Part shown: positions 11,613 to 25,096 of the stretch, one piece after another | Layout of the letters: the number at the start of each line of letters is the position of its first letter | Numbering within the stretch: position 1 is the stretch's first letter | Assembly: GCA_051942245.1 (NCBI GenBank) | Contig: JAVECL010000039.1 | Coordinates: 1 to 64,000, forward strand | Source of the DNA: Trypethelium eluteriae | Lineage: Eukaryota | Reading direction: 5' to 3' | DNA length: 64,000 nucleotides | The notes under the pieces: generated by a model | Told to the model about the DNA's origin: nothing | The model's input: only the letters and a program-made list of their open reading frames with translations | Database searches by the model: none | Program-made: the position numbers and the translations under genes

Positions 11613-14600
11613 TGTGTATCGCAGGCCTGCGCTGTTGTGGGAATTGAATAAGAGAATCAGGTTTTGTGCCCCTACCAGTAAAGGTGAGCATACAGGACGG
11701 CTGTAATGTGGTTATACATGGAGACTTGATGAAGAAGCAAGGTAAACGATGGGTTCGGGCGATTGCTAAAGCTTCAAGACATAGGCCAGGGTCCACAGGT
11801 CGCTAGCGAGACATGACGCGAAGTTGTTGAATCAGCACGTCGAGAAGAGAAGTGGCGTGTAGGCTGTCACTAATTCGGTCTACGAGGTCGATGCTGAGCG
11901 CTAGTGAGGCTTTGACGCAAGGCTGTTCGAGTCAACGAGTGTTGAAGAGAGCTCTCAAAGCTCCAGAAGAGGCCAAGCTAGAAGTTTGGCGAGGTGTGAA
12001 GTCAAAGGAAAAGAGGGGCGAATACACAAAGCGGAGCGGAGTGATAGGAGTGGAGAGATAAGGTGAGATGGAGGAGAAAGGTTGAGGAGGGAGAAATCGG
12101 ACTGGATGGAGTCGTAGTAGGTGAGGTGGTGAGCAACGAGTGGTCACGATCATGCTGCGCTGCCTAGCGTGACTGGAGTGACTGGGTGACTGGGTGAGGA
12201 CTACCAGGGCCCAGCTTATCGCCCGCTGATACTGCACCTGACCGCGAGTCACTACGGCGAACTGCCACAGGCGCGCCAACAAGATGGCCCCGCGCCCCCT
12301 GGGCAGCCGATACGGGAGCAAAGAATGCTCGGCCCTCGTGGGCATAGCACTCTACGACCTAGAGAAGACTTGATGGCAACATCATCCCCCAGAAATTGCG
12401 TCGATACCAAAACGAGTTTGCGTGCTCAATCTCATCTATGCGATCGCAGGTCTGTTCGCCGGTTCGGCCCCTCGGCCACAATTCCGAATCAACGAGACAA
12501 CACCGCCCGAGAACTTCACCCTAAATCTTCGAATAGCGTACATACTATATATTACTCAACGGATACACTTATGCTGATAAATTGGCTGGTATCTGTTGGC
12601 ACCTATGGATGACCGTTATCGCAGCTGCTTCCGCAAGGTCCCCATCTTCCCCAAATTGGCATCGGCCAAACATGCAATCCATGACTTAGGGGGAAAGCTT
12701 ATTCATCTGCGGGCTGGTCCCTTGCCAGATTTGCCAACGGTAATCCAGAATAGCGCCTGTCTTGGAGATCGTCCTGCCTGAGACACTCAGCGGAACGGCA
12801 TACCTCCCCGCAATCGGTAGGACTGTGACCCAATGGGAAGGGCGAGCTAGGCCAAACAGAGGAACTCCATCATGCCTCACTCCGATACCAGGGTTCTGCC
12901 TTTCGCGACCGGCCCTATAACCAGATATGCTTTCCTAATGAGGTGTCAGACTGTATTGCGTCGCCTGCTTACGTTGCGCGCTCCTGGTGCTCCACAGGCG
13001 GAATACTCTATGCCCGAAAGGCCTTTACCGTTGCTTTCATCTATGCCTTCGCTAGACTTGTCTACGCTAAAGATGCGGTAGTAACGGATTGTCTTGTGTC
13101 CGGATCTTGGTAGATGGTTATAACATATTTTGGCTCAAGACGCTCCTCTCTATGAAATACTCCGTACCACCCATGTCGCCGCCAACGCTCTAAGTGGAGA
13201 AAACCGAGGGACCTTCTCTTTCACGACATTCTGTACGACTAGGGTTTCTATCGGAGTCAAAACGCGACTGTGTTGTTTAGGGTGTCGTAGATATTGATCT
13301 TAATCTTTGACTGACCCAGCAACTCCCGGTAGGTTTCTCGTAGCACTACACCATCTTCCAACTGGGAGACTTCATGGAACTTAGTCGACGTAGCATGTTT
13401 GCTCTATCACAGTGACGTTTCGGATGAGACAGGACTTGAGAAATTGAAGCACGAAGTCATTAGCTTGGGACAGAAACCATTGGACCCTCAGAATTTGAGA
13501 ATATCGAGACGTGTGACACTGCCGTATTCTCTTGTGTGAGAGAAGTCACTGCTTCAGATCAACGATGAGAGAGCATTGAAGGTGTAACATTTCGTCCTTT
13601 TACATTACGTCTCTCCGTGGCTGCCTCTTCTTGTCATCTCAAGGAATGGACGAGCTCCTTGAACATGGCCTATACATATGAAGCGTAAACTTCGTGTCAG
13701 CGTACCAAGCTTAGATGCTGGAATCTCTGGTATCTGTCTTAATGCGATTGGGACTCTGGACAAAACTTATACCCGTCGAATGTCGACACAAGTATCATAC
13801 TTGTCGTCGCGCAAAGTTTGAGTCTGTCGCTAGTCAATCTTCATATACTGTGACGATGCGCTCTTGTGAGGGCCTTGAACATCATTCTCCGTTGACATGC
13901 CCCATGTCTTCTTCCTGGCAGCTCAAATCCTTGCAGTAGAGAGCCTAACGCGGCATAGGAAGGACAGACTCGGGACGCAGATGGAGAAGGTTAATACCGC
14001 CGTAATGTGGTAGACTTCTGCAGCAACAAGTGCCGGATTTGAATGTGGTAAACTTAAACCAGCCGTCGTACATATTATACATACGGTAGATAGTGACACA
14101 GGTGCAATTGTCAGATGTTTCAAGTTAGAGTGGTAGAAGCTATGAATGTTCACAGCCTAGTTTGCAAATGACCTAAAGGGTGGAAAGATTCTGGGTCGAC
14201 AAGTATCAAGGAAGGTTGGTTGTTGCCTTTTCGCTTAAAGAGTTCGTACTCAGAGACATTGCAGCGTTACCATTGACGATAAGACCCATGACAAAATCCG
14301 TCGTTCCGTCGTTCCGTTCGAAGGATCTTGACGGAAGAAGGCGCACAGTTTTGTCGTAGGCTGTCAGACAGTTACAAGCAAAAGACTGTCCTGCTTTCCC
14401 GAGGTCGAAGCTTCTCACTGAGGATGATTGATACCCGACTGCTACGTAGTACCTGGATACCTGGGACGGGCCGAAACCCCTGGTTCGTCAACTCCACAAC
14501 CTTAACGCCACCTCCAGGAATACGGGGGGTGCCGGTAACTCAAAATATCCAGACATTGAATCCATTGTGTCGGGTTCAATGCGGCCTTAGCCCAGTATAT

Positions 14601-14689
14601 CTCGCGATGTATCCACCGAGAAGTTTTTGGTCTTCCCTACGGCTTTGAGAATTCTCATGTCCTGCTCCTAAGCATTTCGTCTCATCAAG

Positions 14690-16617
14690 ATGGGTCTCGG
14701 CATTCTTGAAGACAGAAAGCTCGAACATGTCCCAGGTCCGTACTCTTTGCGCGTCCAGTATCCTTTGCTATTGCTTCTCTGACAATACAATTCAGGGACT
14801 GCGACTCTAGAAGAGAGTCGTGTTGACCTTGATACGAGTCAAGTCGCAGCTACTGGCCTTAAAACAGACAAAACTGGACGCATCATCCTCGTTCCCCAGC
14901 CTAGTGATGATCCAAATGATCCATTGGTATGCTTCAACCAATGTCGCATATCCAAACGAACGCCGAAGGCTAACTATGCCGATAGAATTGGCCAATATGG
15001 AAGCGCGATGTCATTCTTTTCGTCCTGTCCCTCTTGTCGGTCATCGCATCCACCCTGAGCCCACTCCTTGCTGCGACTACCTTAACATTGTCTCTCATAT
15101 TTGAACGCACATTCACGCAGATGGCGCTTCTCACTGGATATCATTTGCTTGGCGTTGCTGTCGCTGGTATCTTGTTTGTACCCAGTGCTAGGGTTTGGGG
15201 AAAGAGACATTTATATCTCCTCGGAACTTGTGTGCTCATATTCAGCAGTGCCTGGGGTGGCGCCAGTGGAACGAACTACAAAAGTTTGCTATGGGCTCGC
15301 ATCTTCCAGGGTGTCGCATTGGCGCCGTTCGAAGCCCTAGTCAATGCAAGCGTGGGCGACTTATACCATGTGCATGAGAGGGTGAGTACGCTCTATAGCA
15401 GTTGCAAGACGGGATCTGAACCACCTTCAGGGCAAACGTATGGCACTTTCAAACTTGGCTCTGTTCGGCGGTGCCTTCTTCACCCCGGTAATTGTGGGTA
15501 AGATCACCCATACCATGGGCTGGTCATGGACTTTCTACTTCATTGCCATCTTTTCTGGCGCCCTGCTTCCTTGCGTCATCTTATTCGTTCCCGAAACTGC
15601 CTATGCTCGCCCAGAATACCTCAACATCGATACGGCCACCATCCTCAAGAGGCTCAACGCAAACAATCCCCAATCCAACTCGGCAAACGACATGCCCATC
15701 AATACCAATCATAACAACTACTACCCCGAGAAAGAATCTTCCCCCCCTCCCACGAACACTGGACTCACTAACGTGGACGGAGGTGGGCAATCCCGCCTAA
15801 TCCCTTACTACCGCACCCTTCTTCCCTTCAATGGCCGCAAAACCTCGGAAAATTACTTCCTCCTTCTCCTCCGCCCCTTGCCACTCTTCGCTCACCCTGG
15901 TATTCTTTGGGCATGTCTAATCCAGGGTACCCTAATTGGATGGACAGTCATGATCGGCATTGTGTTGGCCGCCATCATGCTGGGCCCTCCGTTATTCTTC
16001 GACGAGGTCAAGACTGGCTACATGTACACGGGCGCGTTCGTGGGCGCCATTGTCGGGTTCGCTCTTGCGGGCTTGGTGGCGGATCCTAGTGCGAAAGTAC
16101 TAACGAGGTGGAACAAGGGTGTGTTTGAGCCGGAGTTTCGGTTGGTGTTGGTGGTGCCGCAACTGCTGCTTGGGTGCACGGGATTGTATGGATTTGGCAT
16201 CGTGAGCAATAATATCGAGAGGTATGGATGGTTTTGGCCGGATTTTTTCTTTGCTTTTGAGGTTGCGGGCATGGTGCTGGGCGCTGTGGCGAGTGCCTTG
16301 TACGTGGTGGATGCGCATCGGGATATCGCCGTCGAAGCTTTCACCTGTCTGATGATTTTCAAAAATATCTTCTCGTTTGGCTTGACATTTTCTGGGTTCA
16401 ACTGGTTGGTGGATAATGGGGTGAGAAAGCCGTTTGTGGCAATTGCAAGTGTCCAAGTTGGTATTTGCATGCTGAGTGTGTTGATGTGTAAGTCTCTACC
16501 CTTGAGATTGTCTTAAAAACTTGCAAGACTGACAATTACCACTCAGACGTCTTTGGAAAGAAAAATCGTTCTTTCTTCGCCCGACATGATATCCTTCGTC
16601 TCCTAAAACTCCGTTGA
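14690..16617 (+). CDS. MFS transporter (Hol1-like/uncharacterised fungal MFS), multi-exon
   Basis: Starts MGLGILEDRKLEHVPG; contains IILVPQPSDDPNDPL|NWP, WGKR, GDLYHVHER|G, VPET and EPEFRL; about 12 hydrophobic segments; last exon ends ...LLKLR TGA at 16617. Confidence 0.9.
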
Positions 16618-17051
16618 TAACCTACAATAATGCTAGTGTCTCTATACGGATGGATTCTCATTGCATACATACTTTCCATCGCTGCGCTCTTATTCCCCTG
16701 AATGCATTTCTCTTACCAATTGTCTCCCTGCGAACGTAAGTCAGTTATAGTTAGCGCTTCGTGAAAACTTTCGACAAAGACCATGCAGGCTCAGAACTCT
16801 GGCCTCCTCTTAAATAAAATGGCTCGTTCCGGATATTTGCATAAGCCTAACAGTCAGACCGGGCATGGTAAGTCTCGCCGCAATCCACTTCACGTAGAGC
16901 TTCTTGATTGTGCTTAACCTGGTCTTGAAAATTCCTCTTCACTTATGGTTTAGTGTGCAGGCTCGTAATGGTTCGAAATCGACATCAATCTGGTCAGAAA
17001 GATCTATTGCAATAATCTCTGGGCTCTGTAAAATGTACCGGTTAGAAGGAG

Positions 17052-17752
17052 GTGACCTGTCCGCCCCGCCCCGCCCGGGGTCCCCGCTCCGCCCGCTAGT
17101 TCAAATCTGACAACCTGCACAGACCACGGCATCCTCAAAGTCGCTCCTCGCATCAAAAGCGCGAAACCTATCTTCAGTCGCGAATAACTCAACCAGACAA
17201 ACCGATAATTGAGTGCTCGATACGGCACCTGATAGCGCACGGTCATTGGAATCTGGCGCTGTCCCAATTTTGGAAAAAGACCAAGACTTCGCTGAGAAAA
17301 GTGGGGCTGAAGCGAAAGCACCACACAAAATCGCGGTTTCCCGAAGATTTGGAACGACTTTTTGCAACTTCAAAATTTTGCAATTTCGTGACAAAACTTT
17401 TTTTTCGAATATTTACATAAAATTAATATCAATCGAAAGCACATCTCTTGGATAGTCCACCTTCGTAGTTTTAGCCTTGCCAACATCATTGTTGAGGATT
17501 TGGAGTGGACGGAAGTAGGATAGGGGGTGGTTTTGTATGGGGGAGAGCGATTTTTGCACCAAAAAAATGAAGGTCCGAATTTTTCGAAGATATTACCATG
17601 GATCATAAAATACAATTCAGTGACTTCACCTTCGCAGTCTCAGCATGATCAGAGTTGTGGGGATGGACTGGTGGCGAAGGGAAGGGGGCCAAAGGGTGGT
17701 AGAGTGGTGGCGGCGCAGATGTCGAATAGTCGAATTTTGAAAAACAGTTTAC
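17052..17752. mobile_element. Putative non-autonomous DNA transposon (MULE-like), ~700 bp
   Basis: Flanked by direct repeat GTTAGAAGG (17041-17049 and 17753-17761; 10/11 match if extended to GTTAGAAGG[A/C]G). Imperfect terminal inverted ends GTGACCTGT...ACAGTTTAC. Composition (C-runs, A/T tracts, TTCGAA) differs from the flanks. No coding capacity. Confidence 0.6.
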
Positions 17753-18316
17753 GTTAGAAGGCGGATCATCTATCACTGTATCTGTCTTCGCATTTTCAGC
17801 AACAATGATGCTTTGAGGCTGGAAACACTGGGGTTCAAAGATAGTGGAAGTGGGATCTGAAGTAGCCCGGGAGCGGAGTCCGCATGCCGGAGCAATAGCT
17901 GGGACTGCGTCCACTGCTATAACAGTAACATCACCATTACAAGGTTACTGACTTGCAATGAGCATATAATATAGCCATGTTGCAACCTTACCAAGGAGCA
18001 AGCTCGCCACTAGGTCTCCTGGCTGTCGGCAGCGCAAGCAACAACTTGCACGCTCTATGCAACAGTACTGGAATGCCCAAAGAACAGGGATCTCCTACCC
18101 GTGATTAGCCAGTAACATCGGAGAATTGCCGAAGACTGGCAAGGAGGCATTTGTAAGGCGCGGAGATACTTGATCAGAAATTTTCATGAGAAACTACGGA
18201 CCAGAACACGCGGGACTAACCAGCCCATAATTTCCAAAACCACAATACTGTGTAGTTGAATTACAATAATTACTTGATTGGTTCTCTTCGAAACTCTGTA
18301 CAGAGACCGTCCCTAC

Positions 18317-20551
18317 CTATACCTGGTCAGTCTCGCCTTCCTTGGCCTTGCCCCTCCTCTTCCACCCTGTCCCCCACGTCTTCCCAAGCTCGAATCTGGG
18401 AAATGGGTGCGCCGCTCCGCTAAATACAACCTGGTCTAAGGGAAGCACGTCCTCTGGTCCAAATAAGAGATAAAACCACTTCAGGGTCTCCGCCATCCAC
18501 GCGGGCGACATGTTATCGCGTTGTGGTGGCGGCGTCAGCGTCACATCGTCGAGGCTCGTGTAGCCATTACGCGCACCGGCGTCGGTGTGCTGGAGGAACG
18601 ATTCGAAGATATCCCAGCCCCAATGGCGATAAGTCACGTCACCAGTGAGGCGGTAGAGGTAGAAGATGGAGGCGATGGTAGAAGGTGATTGATAGTTGGC
18701 CGATTCACGGACGTCGGATTTGATGATGTAGTCGCGATGCCAGTCAGTGTCGGACGGGGAGTTTAAATCGGCGGCGGAGTTGATGATGCCATCAGAGAGC
18801 ATATGTGGAGGGTCGGGGATGTGGAAGCGGGCGGACTCAGGGGCCAGGCCTGTTGGAGTGGCTTTATACATGCCGTAGCAGGTCTGAAGGAGTCTTTTGG
18901 CAAGGCTGAGTTGGTCTTCTTGTTCTTCGTGCCATTGAAAGCTCTTCTTTAGCTCAGAGATGGGTTTGCCTCCGGTCAGCGCCAGCGCTAATGTACCAGG
19001 AACGGAACAGGAGGAATGCATCATTTTTGGATGAAGTGGTCCATCTAGCCCATTGGGTCTCTCCCCAATGAAGGTCAAGTTTGCTGTCTTTGAATAAGCG
19101 ATTAGGTTCTTACGCATGCCAGTAAAAGCCTCTTTCCACATGTCATGGTAGACTTCCTCTTGTTTTGAGGTTTGTAGATATTGTTTAATCAGGTCCTCTG
19201 TATCAGGCTATTAGCGAGGTCCTCACGAATTATCATATCTGGCCTTACGATAATAGTATTCTCCACCACTCCCAAGACGAACCCCTTGGCCTTGGAAGGT
19301 GGCAGAGTCAGGCTGAACGAGTGAGGGTAAAAGTCCGTCACTGGCGCCAATCTCATCAAGTTTTTGGATGGCCTTTTCAGCAGTCTCCCAATAGTGCTTC
19401 TCTCCCGTCATTTTAGCCACGTATTTCAACTCTAGCTGAACACCTCCGACCGAGGCACTCGACGTTGCACCCTCATTGTTCTGCGCTGCGATACCTTTCA
19501 TTGTTTGGAGATTGACGTTCGCGTACGGAATGCCAGTCTTGGATTCAAAAGCACCCAAAACCCGATCAGCCAAATCGGCAACCTTCTCTCGGTACAGGTC
19601 CTCACCAGGCGAACCTTCTATAACAGATATAGGTGCCATATCAGGGAAATCTGTCGACAGATAGTGGGCTGAGAGCAGACCGCCTAATATTTGAGTCGTC
19701 ACCTCGAAAGTTCCAACTTGATCCGAATTGATATCGAAATTCAGCGTCGTTGTTATCCAATCCCGCGCATGTAAAAGCTCGGCCGTCATATTCATTATTA
19801 TTAACGTATCCAGAGCATCCACAATGATCCATCCCATGCCATTCGATCCCTCGATAATCTGCCTTCCTCTCTTGGAGAGTGGTCGATATTCGTCGAAACC
19901 CCAAGCATGGTCCTCATATGCAGCCCATGAAATTTTGAATACGTCCCTCACCTGTTCCATCCTCGTATCCCAGTCGATACCCTGCGGCCGTGAAGTTTCC
20001 CACCATAAAATTTTGCCAAAGCCCCATCCAAGTGATCCCGTATAGAGCAGGCCGGCCCAATAAATAAGTCCTATGAACAGTAGTACCAGGCTCGCCAGAA
20101 AGCGCTTTTGTTCGATTAAAGGTCGCCTCCTTTTCGACGCGGAATAGTGATACGGCTTGTCCTTGTACATGGGCAGTCCCTTTTTCTCCCCTCCAAATAC
20201 GCTCCCTATCTTCTCCGCCACTCCATTGGCATATCCATTTTGCATCTTTCGCTCCCGTTCCTTCTCTGAACCCGCCCACATGCGCTCTTCATATCGCCGC
20301 TGAGGGTCGCTCTGTATGGGAACATTGCGGGGAATTGCATGGGGCATTTGTCCACTTGCATTCGCGCTGGAAGCTGCCGCGGGGATCAGCGCTTCCGGAA
20401 CTTGAACCCTGCTATCGCTAGCTTCACGTTTCTCTTCTTGGACGCTTGAAGGAATGGAGGTAGAGGCACCTGGAACTCGGGTGTGGAAAAGGGAACTCGG
20501 GGAGGTGCCGCGAAGGCTACTGCGCAGATTGAAAGGGTCGCGGCTGTTCAT
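18317..20551 (-). CDS. GH47 ER alpha-1,2-mannosidase (Mns1)-like type II membrane protein with degenerate active site; intron 19198-19248
   Basis: LPMYKDKPY + TM helix, AWGFDEYRP, MGWIIVDALDTL, LGGLLSAHYLS, TGLAPE, AETLKW, AHPFP. The reading frame is intact across the intron. Confidence 0.93.
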
Positions 20552-21797
20552 GCCATGAGATAAAAGGAGAGGTCTTTCGGCTTGAAGACAATTTCTTCGA
20601 AGGAGCGCTAGCTTATTCTGGGGTAGTAAACATTGAAGTGGTTGAATGGAGTGAATACGTAGATGGCTTCTTTTATGGTGCAGGGGTGCACCGCCAAGAA
20701 CCGGAGCTTGACCATCTTGTGTAAGGTATATTCCCAGAACACGCCGTAAGAAGCGACAGAGAACAATGGAGTTGCAAAAATGTCCAGGTCATTCTTGGGG
20801 ACTAGCTATGCACTCTAGTACTTGGAGGTTACCTAGACACCTAATTTTATTTCAAAATACCGGTGTTTCATGCAGGAACAGTCCAGAGGCCGGGATTGCT
20901 GCATGACGTATTCGAGAAGCAAGGTAAATACAATGCTTAGTCCATACCACAACATTCCTCATTTTCCTCGTGTTATTTATTTGTTAAAAGATATCGACCA
21001 TCACCCTTGATACTATCAGAATCCAACTCACTTCTGTCGAAATACATTGAATTACCCAGTTACTCTGAACCTAACCAAATAACTTCACTGGGCCATGCTA
21101 CCTCTGAGGAAATTCTCTACATCTATCAACTTTGTTGGCTCCCGTTATGACCCACACACATCCTAACTTCTGCATCGTGATCGACGCTTTCTCCGAGCAT
21201 GTCAGTGATCAAACTTGCTGCGATGCTAGCGAAAGGATGTTGCTTCACCCTTCCTGGCGTGACTGTGCACAAGTTGCCGCGGATCGATGCAGTGGTCACA
21301 CTATTTTGGTGAAGCATGAATGCCAACATTTCCTCATGGCAGAAGATGTCTGAGTAGCTCAATGGGGGGTAAGTCCTTCAGACTTGGGAAGTCAAGCTGC
21401 TAGCCGATTGGCTGAACGAAACCTGGATGTGTACGAATAGCTCGATATAGATCCATTGAGCTTCCATTTAGATGATAGAGCAATCTTGAGCCTCAGTACG
21501 CTGTTGTCGATGGTTACTATAGCGTCAAAGCAGGGCCCTCAGCTTTAGGTGACAAACCATTGCGGACACGCCCTACATTTCGACAGGAAAACTGATATGA
21601 TTTCAAAAATGAAACAATGATGAGTGATCAAAATGGTAGAAGGTCAACAAGATGGCAAGCTTAGCAGAGAAATTGTCTTTCATTGATCTGCACGATTGCA
21701 GCGACGATGCCGGTGCGAAAGTCATACTCGAGAACGCCTACAAATGATGCCACCACTCCATATTCCCGTGGTTATTGGTTTGCCGAGGTCCGCCAGC

Positions 21798-22260
21798 TCA
21801 TGCTTTCTTGCCCTTGACGTTCTTTTTACCCACTTCTGTAATTGCGAGTCCTAAGTTACAGAATGTTAATTTATACTCCGTCGAGCTACGGCTGAATGGT
21901 ACCATACCAGGAGGCAGGCTTTGCTTTAGTTTCTCTGCCTTGTCTGTATCCTTCAATACCAGCGTGTATAAGAACCGATGGCACCGGACCTTGAACTTGA
22001 TTTGTTGAGAGGCAGTGTTCTTCTTGATGCGCGCCGCTATAGAATTTGTGTTAGCCCTGGTGCATCCTTTCGGTTCTCCAGTTGTACAGGCGTAGAGTAT
22101 GAGTCGAATGATTTTTCGGCCGTAAAAGAGGGTCCGCGAATTTCGTGGGATTCGGACCTGGGCATGCGATGGAAAGGATGTTGTTGGATGACTCACAGGA
22201 TGCGTCCTTGCGACGGCAAATCTCGATGAACTGCTTGATGTCGGAAACTTCGCGAGGCAT
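21798..22260 (-). CDS. rpl38: 60S ribosomal protein L38 (eL38); exons 22197-22260, 21908-22036, 21798-21850
   Basis: [27 protein letters not shown]...[32 protein letters not shown]. Confidence 0.97.
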
Positions 22261-22653
22261 TGTGAAAGTGAGGGTTGACTGTTGACCTATCTCGTGGGAA
22301 AACTGAGTTTCGGGAGCAAAATTGGTGGTGGGAGTTGCGGCTCGCTAAAATTTCGGGCCGTGGAACCATAGTAGGCATGTGCATGTAAGGAAGTGGGGGA
22401 AAATTAGATGAACGGGGGTGAGCAGCACATTCTCGGGGCTTGATCCAATCAGATCAGCTGTACGAAAAATAGGACGGCTTGCTCTATACCAACGCCAACA
22501 TACATCCATGCACTGACGCAGTTGATTGTTAAGCATTCAGGATACGACCGATTAGCAAGGACATCTCTTATATGGTCCAAATTATATGCAGACATTCGAG
22601 ACATCAATTCAATCTTGTCGCATCTATTGAACATATCTTGTTGATACTCAAAA

Positions 22654-24160
22654 ATGGCCGAGTTTGATACGATTTTGAAGAAATGGACAAATCCAGAAGA
22701 CAATTATATTCACGGAGCCAGCTTTGTTGCATATGACAGGACAGGTATGGCAGGCTCTGGGCTGGACCATCGCATGTTCAGAGAGACATTGACCTGAAAG
22801 GATACAGGAAAATGCATATACTCGGGCGCTCAAGGAAACCGAACAATAGACAGGTCTTCTGGCATTCCGACGAAGGTCGATGATCTTTGTTACCTGGCAT
22901 CACAAAGCAAGATCATCTCCTCTGTAGCTGTCTTGCAAATTGTCGAAAAGGGTCTCATTGGTCTTGATGACGACTGCAGGAAAATTGTACCTCAACTGGC
23001 GGACAAGGAAATCCTTGTTGGATTTGAAGGAGACGAGAGCGCGACTGGAAAGGAGTTTAACGTAGCGAAAAATGTCTTGACTTTTAAGAATCCTCGGAAA
23101 CCTTTACTGAAGAAATCAACGAAGCCGATCACCCTCCGGTGAGATAGAAACTCGTTTTAGATGTGTGGATACGATAATCGCTGACTGATGCAATAGGCTC
23201 TTACTGTCCCATTCTTCTGGCTTCGCTTACCATTTCATGAGCGAAGCTTTATCAGAGTACTTAGCGTACATTGAAGAACCGGTTGGAATGCACAACTCTA
23301 TTGTTCGTCATTTTAACCCTCTGAGAATGAATAATGTGTTCATTTGGATGATGAACATGCTGACGCTTTCTTTGCAGGAAAAATACAATACTCCTCTCAT
23401 CTTCGAGCCCGGAACCTCTTGGGCATATAGTCCTGGAATAGATTGGGCCGGCCGTGTGGTAAGCATAGAATAACATCATGCTGGTTTCGCATGAGCTCAC
23501 TGACGAATAAAGCTTGAAATCGTTACTGGGCAGACTCTAGATGAGTATATGCAGGCAAATATTTGCCAGAGAGTGGGGATGAAGAACACCACATTCTTTC
23601 CAGATTCACGACTCGATAGACTTCCCCCACAGATGGAGCTGGCCTTCAAGCCCGAGGGACCTAAAGGCAAGTTAGTGAAAGGCCATGAGACCATGTTCAC
23701 GACACGCCCAAACACGGACTGTCTAGGTGGTGGGGGAATCTATAGTACGTGCGAAGATTTCGGTTTCTTTCTTAGAGCGCTGGTCAGTGGAGGAGAGCCG
23801 CTACTTCAGAGAGAGACCTTAGACAAGCTTTTCACAGGCACAGTGTCGAACCGTAAAGACCTTACGTACATGGCCCAAGAAAAGTTCCGCTGGGTCATGG
23901 CGGCCGACCTTCAGCCTGATACCGAAGTCGACCATGGTCTCGGTGGATTAGTGAGTCTAACACCAGTGCCGGGAAGAAGGGCCGCAGGTTCTGCTAAATG
24001 GGGTGGATTGTCGAATCCTTTATGGTGGGTCGATATGAAGACGGGTATTGGAGGAGCCATATTTACCCAAATATTCCCGGCTGGAGATCCCGTAGTGAAC
24101 GATTGTTTTGTTGAGCTGGAGACTGAGGTTTACAAGCGCATTGGAAAGGCTTCACTGTAA
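22654..24160 (+). CDS. Beta-lactamase/LovD-family serine esterase/acyltransferase, 5 exons
   Basis: YLASQSK (SxxK), ITLR|LLLSHSSG, PLIFEPGTSWAYSPGIDWAG, GGGGIYST, WGGLSN motifs. Confidence 0.9.
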
Positions 24161-24531
24161 TTTACCGTACCCACTTGCATGATGTCAAGCAACGGTGATG
24201 TACAGTCCGGAGTGAGTCAGGTCAGAAGCTCTGTAGAGAGTCAATTAGAATGCAAAACTGATCTCGATTCCACGCATCGGATTGAATCTCGAAGTTGGGG
24301 TTCCGTTAGGGTTTCGCTATTACACATTTGCGGACTTTAAGAGTGGTCGAAGGGATTCTACCGCACAGACCTCCGACACCGGGCCAGAAGGTGAGTAACA
24401 AACCGATAACATCCATTCTTATACAGTACCCAGCACGATACGGCGAGACACCTACGCGTCTGCAACAGCGCTCAAGCTTGCTTGGGGCGGTGAATGATTC
24501 CACAAATACGCGCCGCCAGCCTTCTGTCGAT

Positions 24532-25096
24532 ATGAGCAACGTTCCAGCGGACATCCGCACAAAGATCTCCACTGAAGGTGGGTCATCTGTGAATTTACAT
24601 TTGAGGGTGTATGGGGAACCCGCTGATTAGTAAAGCTGCCGAGAGCTTCGCCGAATCGTATTACCTGGCATTGCGGAGTTCAAGGGCAACAATAGCATCA
24701 TTTTACCTTCCAAAATCCGAATCACCAGATGGGAAGATTTACCCTTCGCTTGTGCTCAACGGGGCTTCTCTCGACGACGGCATGACCGTACAAAAATTCT
24801 TCATCGAGGAAATGCCGTTTACTCATTACGAAGCGCAATCAATCGACTGTCATGTACTGAATCCAAACCTCAAGCCCTTAGAGTCTGGCCGTAAAGCGGA
24901 GGCAGAACGCAACATGTCCCTGCTAGTGTCTGTCAGTGGCTGGGTAAGATTGCAAGAACTTAGCAAAGGCCCAATGAGGGGATTCTCCGAGACTTTTGTA
25001 CTAGTACCGAACGAAGAGTTTCCCAAAGGAAAGGCGCCGAAGACGGACAAGAAGAGTTGGTTAATTCAGACCCAGAACTTCAGATACGTGACCTGA
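24532..25096 (+). CDS. nxt1: NTF2-related export protein; intron 24578-24635
   Basis: ...KISTE|AAESFAESYY...ASFY...LNG...HYEAQSIDCH...LVSVSG...FSETFVLVPN...IQTQNFRYV. Confidence 0.85.

Noticed and set aside
16945..16982. TGGTTTAGTG and GGTTCGAA as tRNA A/B boxes
   Set aside because: Spacing is too short and no cloverleaf can be formed.
17052..17752. Starship boundary or LTR
   Set aside because: No tyrosine recombinase captain gene in the window; no TG..CA ends or 5-bp TSD.
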